Below are positions 1 to 9,739 of a stretch of 64,000 nt of DNA, one piece after another. Origin of the DNA: an uncultured Chloroflexia bacterium (GTDB taxonomy: Bacteria; Chloroflexota; UBA6077; JACCZL01); contig CAVXYC010000015.1 of NCBI GenBank assembly GCA_963765765.1, positions 608,001 to 672,000 on the forward strand, in the 5' to 3' direction. Within the stretch, counting starts at the first letter, position 1. Every line of letters starts with the position of its first letter. The notes under the pieces are model-generated. The model saw nothing but the letters and a program-made list of their open reading frames with translations. It was not told the DNA's origin and searched no databases. Position numbers and translations under genes: made by a program.

Positions 1-394
1 ATCGCGTTGGCATCTCCGGCAGGTCGGGGGATTCTCGGCGCGATGTATCCCAGGCAGCACGCATGCGCTCTAGTATCCGCGCTCTACGTTTTCCGTCTAA
101 CACAGCCGCGGTCGCCAGGCCGCGCGTATTAGCGACCTCGACTGTAGCGACTGGATTGGCGACGAGATTCTTGAACCAGTCCGAAATCCTGGACGAGTTG
201 AGATCGGCGCCAATGACGATCAATTGACCCTCGTCCTCGATATACGAGAGTGGCGTGGTATGTTGCTGCCCGGTCTTTCTGCCAGTCGTCGTGAGCAGTA
301 GCAGCGCGTCCCGCGCGAAGAACCCGCCAACCTTTCCGCCGTTGGCACGGAATTCGGCTATGACTTCAGCGTTGCTCGCGCCTAGCTTGCTCAT
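1..394 (-). CDS. F420H2-dependent nitroreductase/quinone reductase (Ddn/DUF385 family), runs off the left edge
   Basis: Manual translation from ATG at 394: MSKLGASNAEVIAEFRANGGKVGGFFARDALLLLTTTGRKTGQQHTTPL...WFKNLVANPVATVEV, the family signature. Not in the ORF track. Confidence 0.9.
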   Translation of the reverse strand, partial: MSKLGASNAEVIAEFRANGGKVGGFFARDALLLLTTTGRKTGQQHTTPLSYIEDEGQLIVIGADLNSSRISDWFKNLVANPVATVEVANTRGLATAAVLDGKRRARILERMRAAWDTSRRESPDLPEMPTR

Positions 395-478
395 GTCCTT
401 TCAGCCTCGACGCACACGTATCATCAGCGCTGGACATGTGGACAGATCCCGGGTCAACCGGAGACACCGCTGAGCAGC

Positions 479-898
479 TCAGTCACTGACAGGCGGTCCG
501 GCTTCGCCATCGGGACTGGCCAGGACAACGATGTATCCGTTTGGATCTTTGAGCCAGACCTCTCGATGATTCGGGCCTCCACGGCCGTCGGGCGGGTTAC
601 GGTGCGGCGGCAAAACGATCTCTGCCTGCAGCTCGTTTGCTCGCACCACGGCAGCGTCGAAATCGTCGATCTCGAACCACAGCAGCACGCCGTTGCCATA
701 GGGCATATCGCTGGGATCGCCGACGGCGCCGTGGTCGTGATCCACATCCCAGTGGTGAAGCTGCATGATCAGCGTGCCATTGTCCTCGAGGCGCTCATAC
801 TCCGGGCCGCCATGCGCGCTCTGGCAGCCAAGCAATCGTTGATACCAGAGACTTGTGGCCTCGACATCCGCGACGGCGATGAGTGGTTGTGGACGCAT
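479..898 (-). CDS. VOC/glyoxalase family protein
   Basis: MRPQPLIAVADVEATSLWYQRLLG...GNGVLLWFEIDDFDAAV...HREVWLKDPNGYIVVL. Confidence 0.85.
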   Translation of the reverse strand: MRPQPLIAVADVEATSLWYQRLLGCQSAHGGPEYERLEDNGTLIMQLHHWDVDHDHGAVGDPSDMPYGNGVLLWFEIDDFDAAVVRANELQAEIVLPPHRNPPDGRGGPNHREVWLKDPNGYIVVLASPDGEAGPPVSD

Positions 899-1301
899 GG
901 TACGAGGTCCCGAACTATTCATTCTCCTGCGAGACTACGGGATGTCTTATCGGCAAGCAAGCCAGTACGGGAAGCGCAGCTTCGGATGGCATGGTAACTT
1001 GGACAACTGGCTTAAGCACATATCTGGCGTGGTCGTGACCGGTGGCTCCTTCAGTATTGACGTTCAAGAAGTCAGGAAGCTTGTTGCGACGCTGTTACAA
1101 AATACGTAGGATGGCGACACTTGTCCGTCCCTCCTTTTGTCTGCAAAAACGAAATTGATTACAGCAGAGCATTCATTGGTAACACTTCGTGTGTGATTGA
1201 CTGCGATAACGAAGTACCGAATGAGGGCGTCGATCGATAAACGAGTGTGGAACACTCCGCAACCGATGTCGAAACGCATTTTGTGATTCCGATACGTCCA
1301 G

Positions 1302-2463
1302 TTGAAGATGTTTCGTGTGGAGGTTCAATACGTGTCCCAACCTGACACGGCCAACTCATCGATAAGTGGGGATTCAGTCGAGGGCGACAGACCCACGTCG
1401 AAGCAGCTCAGGGCTGGATTAGTGTCAGCACTGGCCTCCGTCTATGGCGATGTACTCCGTCGGCAGGGCAGGACAACAACACAGTTCGTCCGCTGGTCCA
1501 AAGTCACGAAAAGAGCACACGAATTTGCGTGGCTCGGCGGCGTGGAATCGCGCGAAACCCTGATGCATGGTAATGGGCCCTTGCAAGTTCGGCCGAATAG
1601 CGAGCTTTTTGATGCTGTCCGGAAAATGCATGCCACGGTGAGTCTGAACCCGTACGAGCGCGATTACGGACTGGCTTCGTCACTGTGCGTCGGTTCAGGC
1701 CACGTCGCCACGGCCGGTTGCCGGTACCCGGCTTGGACAGGTCGATTCGCAGTTCGATGCCGATGTTGCAGCCACGCTGCGTGAAAGTGGCTTACGGGTG
1801 CTGCACCAGTATCCGGCCTGCGGTTTCAACATCGATTTGATTGCCGAACGTTCTGACGATCATGTCCGTGTGGCCGTAGAGTGCGATGGAGAGCGGTATC
1901 ACGTTGATGAGCATGGCATGCTCAAGATTGAGGACATCGAACGGCAGGCGATTTTGGAGAGGGCTGGCTGGCGGGTCGTGCGGATCCCGTACCGGAAATG
2001 GATCGCAAATCCGAGCCTAGAGGTGACGCGCGTCCTTGCAGCAATTGATGAAATCCCGGCCGAAGACGACGAAACAGATGGCGAGGCCGATGCATCGACG
2101 GCAACCATCAATTCGGCGCGAGCGCTTAGCGGCGGGGTGGTTCCCGGCACGGCCGGCAAGCGCGAACAGGTAACACACGAGCAAGCTGCGCTCATCGAGG
2201 CGTTAAAAGAAGGTTTGTCGGAAGAGGTAGATTTGTTTCTTCGCGTACGGGACTTAGTCGGGTCAAAACGACTTACGCAGAGATTGCGGAGGGCGTTCGA
2301 GAGTGCTGCTTCCGATCTCGCCCGGCGTAAGCTGCTCACCATAGAGGATGGAGAATGGTTTCTTCTTCCGGCTGGGAGAGAGGCCACACTGTCCGTCGAC
2401 CCGCTCCCGCTAGGTCGGCCCGACGTCGCTCGGGACGACAGCGATGGGCTCGGTTATCGTTGA
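1302..2463 (+). pseudogene. Internally deleted remnant of a large helicase-type protein ending in a Vsr/DUF559-like (MTES_1575-type) nuclease domain
   Basis: The 1798 frame extends upstream to ~1648 and reads DWLRHC...VDSQFDADVA...QYPACGFNIDL...VAVECDGERYH...DIERQAILERAGWRVVRI. The upstream frame (to LNPYER) is different and no helicase motifs lie between. Confidence 0.55.
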
Positions 2464-2528
2464 CGATGAAGTTCGCGCTCTCCCGGTCGCTTATCCTCTA
2501 GGTATTCTCACGTACACGGAGCATGCGG

Positions 2529-2794
2529 ATGTGCCGAAGTATCAAGACGCTCGCCAATTTTGAGCCACCGGCAACGGATGAAGAGATCTATGCATCAGCT
2601 TGCAGTTCGTTCGCAAGCTGAGCGGTACGGCAAAGCCATCGCGGGCGAATGAGGCGGCGTTCAACCTGGCGGTTGAGCAGGTCACCGCCGCCGCTCATCT
2701 CCTCATTGGGTCACTGCAGTCGGCGGCGCCACCGAAGAATCGAGATGAGGAAGCGCGCAAGGCTCGGGAGCGCGCGGCGCTGCGCTACGCCTGA
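2529..2794 (+). CDS. DUF2277 family protein (frameshift ~2599, probable sequencing error)
   Basis: MCRSIKTLANFEPPATDEEIYASA / LQFVRKLSGTAKPSRANEAAF; one T missing in a short T run. Confidence 0.85.
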
Positions 2795-3004
2795 CCCGGC
2801 TTTCCAGTTGAGCGAATGTCGCCAGGATTCGATCGATGGGGATGTCGATTTCATTGTGACCCGTTCGTTCTTTCTCATGAGTGGCCTGCTTGAGACCGTT
2901 CACGCTGCGTGAACGGTCTCGAGTCCAGCGCAGGTCAGGTGTAACGTTGGCTGGTGTACTGGCCGCAGCCGAAGACCTGAATCGAGAGAGAAGGGGAGTC
3001 TTAG

Positions 3005-4120
3005 ATGACCGGAGTACGATTACTCGTGGGCACCCGCAAGGGTGCGTTCATTCTGACATCTGACGGTAAGCGCGAGACTTGGGACGTGAGCGGTCCCCAT
3101 TTCGCGGGCTGGGAGATGTATCACGTCAAGGGCTCGCCGGTTGATCCCAACCGCCTCTATGCGTCGCAGACGAGCGGCTGGTTTGGACAGATGATCCAAC
3201 GCTCCAACGACGCGGGGAAGACGTGGGAAGCGGTGGGCAATGAGTTTGTCTATGACGGCAACGTCGGTGAGCACCTCTGGTACGACGGCACGCCCAAGCC
3301 GTGGGAATTCAAGCGCATCTGGCACCTGGAGCCTTCGCTGACTGATCCGGACACCGTCTATGCTGGCGCGGAGGACGCGGCGCTATTCAAGACCACCGAC
3401 GGTGGCAAGACCTGGGCGGAGCTCACGGCGCTCCGTACGCACGAATCTGGGCCGGGCTGGATGCCCGGCGCAGGCGGTATGGGACTCCACACCATCATCC
3501 AGGACCCGACCAATCACAATAGGCTGTTCATCGCCATCTCCGCGGCGGGCGTCTTCCGATCGGATGATGCCGGCGCAACCTGGAAGCCAACGAACAAGGG
3601 CCTTCATTCTGAGTTCATGCCGGCGCCGGAGGCAGAGGTCGGCCACTGCGTGCATCGGATTGCGCTTCACCCATCGAAGCCTGATGTGCTCTACATGCAG
3701 AAGCACTGGGATGTCATGCGCAGCGACAATGCCGGCGACTCCTGGACCGAAGTGAGCGGCAATCTGCCGTCGGATTTCGGATTCCCCATCGACGTTCACG
3801 CGCACGAGCCAGAAACCATCTACGTGGTTCCAATCAAGAGCGACTCAGAGCATTTCCCACCGGACGGCAAGCTCCGTGTATATCGCAGCCGAAGCGGGGG
3901 CAATGACTGGGAAGAGCTCACCAGGGGTTTGCCGCAGAGTGATTGCTACGTAAATATCCTGCGTGAAGCGATGTCGGTGGATACCCTGGACTCCTGTGGA
4001 ATCTACTTTGGCACGACCGGCGGTCAGGTGTACGCCTCCTCCGATGCTGGAGACACCTGGAAGGCGATCGTGCACGATCTTCCATCCGTGTACTCGGTGG
4101 AAGTCCAGACACTGCCATGA
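3005..4120 (+). CDS. BNR/Asp-box repeat beta-propeller protein (exo-alpha-sialidase-like annotation)
   Basis: [10 protein letters not shown] start; repeated SxDxGxTW Asp-boxes; RBS aagggga. Confidence 0.9.
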   Translation: MTGVRLLVGTRKGAFILTSDGKRETWDVSGPHFAGWEMYHVKGSPVDPNRLYASQTSGWFGQMIQRSNDAGKTWEAVGNEFVYDGNVGEHLWYDGTPKPWEFKRIWHLEPSLTDPDTVYAGAEDAALFKTTDGGKTWAELTALRTHESGPGWMPGAGGMGLHTIIQDPTNHNRLFIAISAAGVFRSDDAGATWKPTNKGLHSEFMPAPEAEVGHCVHRIALHPSKPDVLYMQKHWDVMRSDNAGDSWTEVSGNLPSDFGFPIDVHAHEPETIYVVPIKSDSEHFPPDGKLRVYRSRSGGNDWEELTRGLPQSDCYVNILREAMSVDTLDSCGIYFGTTGGQVYASSDAGDTWKAIVHDLPSVYSVEVQTLP

Positions 4121-4413
4121 TTCGCATACGGCTCCCGCAGCATCTCCGCACCATTGCTCAGGTTGACGGTGAGGTGGAGGTGGACGTGACCGAGCCCGTG
4201 ACGCAACGGACGGTCATCGATGCGCTCGAGGCGGCGTATCCAGCGCTGCGGGGAACGATTCGAGATCACACCACCAAGAAACGGCGAGACTTCCTGCGCT
4301 TTTACGCGTGCGAGGAAGATCTGTCGAATGAGCCGATCGATGCGCCGCTGCCAGAGGCGGTGGTCAGCGGAGCCGAGCCATACCTCGTGATAGGAGCAAT
4401 CGCCGGCGGCTGA
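4117..4413 (+). CDS. MoaD/ThiS ubiquitin-like protein
   Basis: 98 aa ending AIAGG; ATGA overlap with the upstream gene. Confidence 0.9.
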   Translation: MIRIRLPQHLRTIAQVDGEVEVDVTEPVTQRTVIDALEAAYPALRGTIRDHTTKKRRDFLRFYACEEDLSNEPIDAPLPEAVVSGAEPYLVIGAIAGG

Positions 4414-4444
4414 GCGAAGAACGGCCTTGACGCGACAGTAGAAC

Positions 4445-4485
4445 AATGGTCCCTTGCGATTGTCGTGAGGGACCATTTCTTTTTT
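4445..4485 (+). terminator. Intrinsic terminator
   Basis: aatggtccct...agggaccatt stem followed by tcttttt. Confidence 0.8.
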
Positions 4486-4503
4486 AGCGAACGGCCCTGC
4501 TTC

Positions 4504-4540
4504 ATATGCCTTGAATGTTATATACGCAGTAGGGTATATT
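4504..4540 (+). promoter_or_regulatory. Sigma70-type promoter overlapped by a probable ArsR operator; likely leaderless transcript
   Basis: TTGAAT(4511)-18 bp-TATATT(4535); inverted repeat ATATAC-N8-GTATAT at 4520-4539; ATG 6 nt after the -10 box. Confidence 0.6.
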
Positions 4541-4546
4541 AGGTCC

Positions 4547-4873
4547 ATGTCAGCAGAAGTGTTCGGCGCGCTCGCGGACCCGACACGGCGACGAATCTTG
4601 CAGGAGCTCGGCCAGAAGGAGCGCAGTGTCGGCGAACTGGTGGGATCGTTGGATGTGAGCCAGCCCGCGATCTCCAAGCATCTACGGGTACTGCGTGAAT
4701 CAGGGGTTGTGGTCTCGCGCACGGCGGCGCAGCAGAGGCTCTACCGTGTTGAGCCTCAGGCCCTCGCCGCAATTGATGAGTGGCTGCAACCTTTCCGGGC
4801 ACTCTGGACAACGCACCTTGATCGGCTCGAGCGTTATCTCGACGCCGAGGAGCATCGGAGTCTCAATGAATAA
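4547..4873 (+). CDS. ArsR/SmtB family transcriptional regulator
   Basis: FGALADPTRRRIL...SQPAISKHLRVLRESG. Confidence 0.9.
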   Translation: MSAEVFGALADPTRRRILQELGQKERSVGELVGSLDVSQPAISKHLRVLRESGVVVSRTAAQQRLYRVEPQALAAIDEWLQPFRALWTTHLDRLERYLDAEEHRSLNE

Positions 4874-5423
4874 GAAATTGGATCTGGGCGACCTTTCAGA
4901 GGTCGCCTGTCTCACATCCGATAAGACCTGGACATTGGTATTTGTGCGAAATCTTCGGCATTCCCCAAAGCGTGTCTGGGAAGCGCTCACGGATCCTGCT
5001 CAGATGCGGGAATGGTCGCCTTTTACCGCCGAGCGCAATCTGGGCAGTGTCGGGCCGGCGATCGTGAGCATGGTTGATGGCGATTCCGAGGAGCCTTCTG
5101 ATTCGCTTGTGACAGTAGCTGATGAGCCGCGATTGCTCGAATATTCCTGGGGTACAGGGGTGATCCGATGGGAGCTCGAGCCGGATGGCCAGGGCACGCG
5201 ATTGACGCTTCGGCACACTATTGACGACCCGAGTTTTCTCTCCAAGGTGGCCGCCGGTTGGCATATCTGCCTGGTTGTTGCGGAGTACCTTATGGACGGG
5301 ACGCCCGTGGGGCCCATCGTTGGAGAGCGGGCGCGTGAGTTCGGCTGGGATGAGCTGAACGATAGGTACGCAGAGCGTCTGGGGATGCCCACTGCCCTTA
5401 CTAAGAAGCGCGCTTCTCCTTAG
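4866..5423 (+). CDS. SRPBCC/AHSA1 family protein
   Basis: LVFVRNLRHSPKRVWEALTDP...WELEPDGQGTRLTLRH...AAGWHICL. Confidence 0.9.
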   Translation: MNKKLDLGDLSEVACLTSDKTWTLVFVRNLRHSPKRVWEALTDPAQMREWSPFTAERNLGSVGPAIVSMVDGDSEEPSDSLVTVADEPRLLEYSWGTGVIRWELEPDGQGTRLTLRHTIDDPSFLSKVAAGWHICLVVAEYLMDGTPVGPIVGERAREFGWDELNDRYAERLGMPTALTKKRASP

Positions 5424-5571
5424 TAAAGGCCCCTTGATGTTCGGAGTGCGGAACTTGAACCGTCTCCTGAACGATGTCGAGAGACAGCCGAATAAATTCC
5501 GCGCTACCAATAAGCCTGGATCATGCCGCCCGGAGTTGCTCCGATTAATCATCATTGCTACACTTTAGCAA

Positions 5572-5925
5572 ATGCTTAACCAAACAGCCTCATTAGATCT
5601 TGTCTTTCACGCCTTGTCGGACCCTGCCCGGCGGCTGATGGTTGATCGGCTGACTCGCGGGCCGGCGTCCGTTAGTGAGCTGGCCCAGCCACTCGACATG
5701 ACTCTCTCCGCGGTGGTCCAGCATCTCGCTGTCCTAGAGGGCAGTGGCCTCGTGCGATCGGAAAAGGTTGGTCGCGTTCGCACTTGCCGAATGGAGCCCG
5801 TGGGACTCAGGATGGCCGAGAGCTGGATTACCGAGCGACGTGCGGTCTGGGAGTCCCGCTTTGACCGGCTCGCTGAGCTGTTAGCAAATGGGAGCGACGA
5901 TGCGGGAGACCAAACGCCGACATGA
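5572..5925 (+). CDS. ArsR/SmtB family transcriptional regulator
   Basis: LDLVFHALSDPARR...AVVQHLAVLEGSGLVRSEKVGRVRTC. Confidence 0.9.
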   Translation: MLNQTASLDLVFHALSDPARRLMVDRLTRGPASVSELAQPLDMTLSAVVQHLAVLEGSGLVRSEKVGRVRTCRMEPVGLRMAESWITERRAVWESRFDRLAELLANGSDDAGDQTPT

Positions 5926-6105
5926 CCGAACCGGATGAGATCCATTCCACGTTTGTCATTGAACGGACGTTAAACGTCCCATCGTCGCGGGTCTCAATTA
6001 CTTCGCCAAACCTGAGCTGAAGCCGCGCTGGTTCAGGGGGCCGGAGCCTCGGGTACCGCGCAGTTCGAATCGGATTCCCGAATCGGTGGTAGTGAGATCA
6101 ATCGA
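5922..6105 (+). pseudogene. Truncated SRPBCC (AHSA1-like) gene
   Basis: ATGA overlap with ArsR; MTEPDEIHSTFVIERTLNVPSSRV then frameshifts; ends abruptly. Confidence 0.6.
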
Positions 6106-6560
6106 CGGGGCCGGGGATTCGAAGAACATCTCGCCGCTCTCCGAGCGTGCTGGCCTGAAGATCCGGTGGAGTGTGATGGGCCGTATTACCCTGTCCCGCG
6201 GGCAAAGATTGGCCCCAAGCCGATGCGAGGCTCAATTCCCGTGCTGATCGGCGCAGTGACGCCGTTGGCGGCTGAGCGGGCGGCGCGACTGGCGGATGGC
6301 TTCATCGCAGCCTTTCGCGATTGGGAGGGCCTCACCGATCACATTCGCTGGTATCGCGATGCCGGAGGCAATGGCGCCGTAATAGTCCGCGCTGGACCTC
6401 TGCCGTCTGAGGACGATCCCTCAGGCCTGGCCCATCCCTGGAGCCCCGAGTCCATGCCCGACAGCCTGCAACGGGCGCGTTCGCTTGGTGTGGACGAGGT
6501 GATCTGGGATCTCAACATCGTGTTCATGCCACGCCGAGGAGCAAGTAAACGAATTTCGCT
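6106..6560 (+). pseudogene. C-terminal fragment of an LLM-class (F420/flavin) oxidoreductase
   Basis: FEEHLAALRACWPEDPVECDGPYY...IGPKP...IPVLIG...AAERAARLADG; N-terminal half absent. Confidence 0.7.
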
Positions 6561-6664
6561 CATTGGCGAAGAAACTCGATCTTTAACCTGTCGATTTCCG
6601 GTCATGTCAGTCGTCTTAGAGATAACAGCCGCTGTTTCACTCACAAAGCACATAGGAGATGACC

Positions 6665-7064
6665 ATGAAATACGCACTCTGGACGCTACAAGCTCTTCTG
6701 GCCGCGCTCTTCCTCTTCGGTGGAGTTGTGAAACTTAGCCATGCCAATTGAGGAGCTGACTGCCGCGATGCCGTTTCCAGCTCTGTTCATTCAATTCATC
6801 AGCGTGTGCGAGATTCTTGGAGCCGTCGGGCTCATCCTTCCTGGCCTCCTGCGCATTCAGCCAGTTCTGACTCCCATCGCAGCTGCTGGCCTAACCATCA
6901 TCATGATCGGCGCAACGGTTCTCACGGTTACGATGATGGGCGTTCCATCGGCAATCACGCCCTTCGTGGTGGGCCTGGTGTCTGCGTTCATCGCATACGG
7001 TCGGTTTTCTCTGGCTCCGCAGTCGAATGAGCCGCGTCGATTGGTTCTTCAGACTGCTCGCTAA
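6665..7064 (+). CDS. DoxX family membrane protein (frameshift ~6737)
   Basis: RBS aggaga; MKYALWTLQALLAALFLFGGVVKL / MPIEEL...CEILGAVGLILPGLLRIQPVLTPIAAAGL. Confidence 0.85.
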
Positions 7065-7091
7065 TTTCACGCTCCGCTTACTGATCTCTGG

Positions 7092-7127
7092 GCAATAGCG
7101 CCTGCCGCATGCGGCAGGCGCTATTGC
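7092..7127. terminator. Perfect 36-bp palindrome after DoxX, probable terminator hairpin
   Basis: gcaatagcgcctgccgca|tgcggcaggcgctattgc. Confidence 0.6.
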
Positions 7128-7155
7128 TATTCTGGCTGTGAATAGTCGCGGAGAT

Positions 7156-7258
7156 ACCCTAGCCCGAGCCCTCCCCGCTGCTGTGGCAGGTACGGAGCCG
7201 GGTTCTCTTTTTCTAAACACGCTCCTTCCCTGCCGCAGCGGGGAGGGCCGGGTGGGGT
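7156..7258. repeat. Degenerate copy of a REP-like palindromic element
   Basis: taaacacgctccttccctgccgcagcggggagggccgggtggggt (7214-7258) nearly matches the reverse complement of 11175-11220. Confidence 0.8.
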
Positions 7259-7434
7259 CCTCTCGAGCACGCGTCATTGTTCGACTTTGTCAAAAGTAAA
7301 GAAAATTATCCGGATGTCTCTTCCACTCCTGTCGATTCATGTACCTCATGTTCGTCGTACTCTATGAACGGGATTTACGGGTCGACCAAACGAAATCTCG
7401 AAAAGCACGACAAAACTGTTGAAGGAGCAAGTCC

Positions 7435-7863
7435 ATGCGAGTCCTGGTGATTGTCAAGGCAAATGAAGAGTCCGAGAACGGGGTCATGCCCAGCGAGCAG
7501 ATGCTCACTGAGATGGGTAACTACAACGAGCAGCTCGTGAACGCGGGAATCATGATCGCAGGCGAGGGTCTCCATCCAAGCTCGAAGGGCAAGCGCGTAG
7601 CTTTCGGAGGCCAGGGCGCGACTCCCAGGGTTATCGACGGACCATTCGCTGAGACCAAAGAGCTCATCGCTGGCTACTGGATCTGGAAAGTGAATTCCAT
7701 GGATGAAGCGATTGACTGGATCAAGCGCAGTCCATTCCAGGACACGGAGATCGAGCTTCGTCCGATTTTTGAGATGGAAGACTTTGGCGAGGCAATGACT
7801 CCTGAGCTGCAACAGCAGGAGGATCGGCTTCGAGCCCAAATGGAGGGGCAGCAACAGTCCTAA
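7435..7863 (+). CDS. YciI/DGPF domain protein
   Basis: GEGLHPSS...DGPFAETKELIAGYW. Confidence 0.9.
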   Translation: MRVLVIVKANEESENGVMPSEQMLTEMGNYNEQLVNAGIMIAGEGLHPSSKGKRVAFGGQGATPRVIDGPFAETKELIAGYWIWKVNSMDEAIDWIKRSPFQDTEIELRPIFEMEDFGEAMTPELQQQEDRLRAQMEGQQQS

Positions 7864-7884
7864 AAGCCGTGCCAGAACAGTCAT

Positions 7885-7923
7885 ACTGGCCCTGGCCGCT
7901 CATCGCGGTCGGGGCCAGTTTTT
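7885..7923 (+). terminator. Intrinsic terminator
   Basis: actggccctggccgc...gcggtcggggccagt followed by tttt. Confidence 0.75.
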
Positions 7924-8043
7924 AAGTCGATCGCCAACGAGTCAATTGATGATTAGAAAGGCAGCCGGGCCGGAATTCGTGACTCGTGGACAGACCCGTG
8001 GTACGGTGCGCGAACGCTGAGCTTTACGAGCGGGGGCAGTAAA

Positions 8044-8567
8044 TTGGAGACTGTTGTTATCGTCGTCGTCTTAGCAGTGGTTGGATTTCTTGGGTTCGTG
8101 GCAACGAGGCCGGGGAGTTTCAAGGTTCAACGATCCACGAGCGTCAACGCTCCAGCCGAAGCAATTTTCCCTCTGATCAATGATTTTCATCGCTGGGCGG
8201 AATGGTCTCCATTTGAGAAGTTTGATCCAGACATGCGCAAGTCGTTCGGCGGTGCTCAGCAGGGTAACGGGGCGACGTACGCGTGGGAGGGGAACAACAA
8301 GGCCGGCAAGGGGCGCATGGAGATCATCGGGTCAACTCCACCGTCCAACGTAAGATTCAGCTCGATTTCGAAAAACCGTTCCCGTCGAGTAACGTGACGG
8401 ACTTCATCCTGTGGCCTAGCGGCGATCAGACGAATGTCACCTGGGCGATGAGCGGGCCCAGCTCGTTCATTGTCAAATTCATGGGAATCTTCATGAGCAT
8501 GGATCGAATGATCGGTAAGGATTTCGAGGAAGGACTGTTCAATCTGAAACGCGTTGCTGAAGCCTGA
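8044..8567 (+). CDS. SRPBCC/polyketide cyclase family protein (frameshift ~8350)
   Basis: N-terminal TM helix, FKVQRS...INDFHRWAEWSPF...YAWEGN; continues in the 8283 frame to MDRMIGKDFEEGLFNLK. Confidence 0.85.
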
Positions 8568-8695
8568 GGCGCGTGACAGCGAGTAGACCTGTTCGCTGTC
8601 GATTTCGCCTGGTGCGTTCGTCATATCAGTGAGAGCGGCGATGCCCGAGTCGGTCGCCGGTCCCGCGACAATCAACAGGTGGGAGAAGAACAACG

Positions 8696-9115
8696 ATGAG
8701 ATTCATGATGTTAATGATCCCAAAGGGATACGAGTCTGCCGAACCTGGAGCCATGCCTGACGTGGACGCCGTGTCCGCCATGATGGCGTACAACGAGTCA
8801 CTCCAGAACGCTGGAATATTGATCTCCGCGGAAGGCTTGCACCCGCCGTCGATGGGCGCTCGCGTCACCTTTCCCGGCGGCGTTCCAACCGTGACAGATG
8901 GCCCATTCGCCGAGGCAAAGGAAGTGCTCGGTGGCTTCTGGATCATTCAAGTGAGCTCTCGAGAGGAAGCTATCGAATGGGCCAAGAAGTGTCCCGGCGG
9001 CGAAAACGAGATCATCGAGATTCGTCAGGTGCAGGAGATGGACGACTTCCCTCAGGACGTGCAAGATGTCGCCGCGAAGTTTTCGGAGATGCAAACACGG
9101 CCGAGTCAGGGGTAG
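8696..9115 (+). CDS. YciI/DGPF domain protein
   Basis: EGLHPPS...TDGPFAEAKEVLGGFW. Confidence 0.9.
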   Translation: MRFMMLMIPKGYESAEPGAMPDVDAVSAMMAYNESLQNAGILISAEGLHPPSMGARVTFPGGVPTVTDGPFAEAKEVLGGFWIIQVSSREEAIEWAKKCPGGENEIIEIRQVQEMDDFPQDVQDVAAKFSEMQTRPSQG

Positions 9116-9118
9116 GGG

Positions 9119-9539
9119 ATGTCCGCAAAGATAGTAACGGGCAATCCGGAAATCGATGCGTACTTCGCTAAGGTTCCGAATGATCAGCGTGCGGCGCTGC
9201 TTGCTCTTCGTGATTCCATTCGAGATCGCGGCCCCGGAAGCTGTCGAGGTCATCAGTTATGGCCTGCCTACGTTCAAGCTGCATGGCTCTCTGGTAGCGC
9301 TGGGATCGGCCAAGAAGCATTGTGCTTTCTATCACATGAGCTCGAGTCTCCTGGATCGTATTGGTGCTGAGCTCGATGGGTTCAGCACATCCAAGGGCAC
9401 CATACGGTTCAGTCCTGACAAGCCTCTCCCAGATGGTCTGGTCCACAAGATCGTCCACATGAGAATTGAGGAAAACCTCGAGATTCTTCGAGAGCGCGAC
9501 AAGCGCAAGGCGGAGAAGAGGGTCGCGACCGCGCCCTAG
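9119..9539 (+). CDS. DUF1801/YdhG-like protein (frameshift ~9228)
   Basis: IDAYFAKVPNDQRAALLALRDSIR / AAPEAVEVISYGLPTF...SKGTIRFSPDKPLP. Confidence 0.85.
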
Positions 9540-9610
9540 CCCACCGCGAAACGTGACGCTTCACCGTTGGCAGAGTCGCCCTGCCGCCCGGTGACTCGGG
9601 TATACTTACG

Positions 9611-9700
9611 CTGCTGAGGAGCGCTGCGTCCGGGGATACGCCCTGGTCAGGCTCAGTGAAATGAACGGCGCTCGCATCTTCGTTGGTGCGGGCGCTTTTG
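9611..9700 (+). ncRNA. SAH riboswitch with overlapping intrinsic terminator
   Basis: ctgaGGAGCGCTGC...CAGGCTCag...AACGGCGCTC matches the SAH aptamer consensus; directly upstream of ahcY; TATACT -10 at 9601; hairpin gcgctcgcatc/ggtgcgggcgc plus tttt at 9668-9699. Confidence 0.85.
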
Positions 9701-9739
9701 TATGTCCAGAGCGCGCGCTCAAGAAAGGGAGCTCAGCTC

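Noticed and set aside
855-1359. Short ORFs in a lower-GC patch
   Set aside because: No recognisable motif or RBS; probably fragments of foreign genes, cannot be called.
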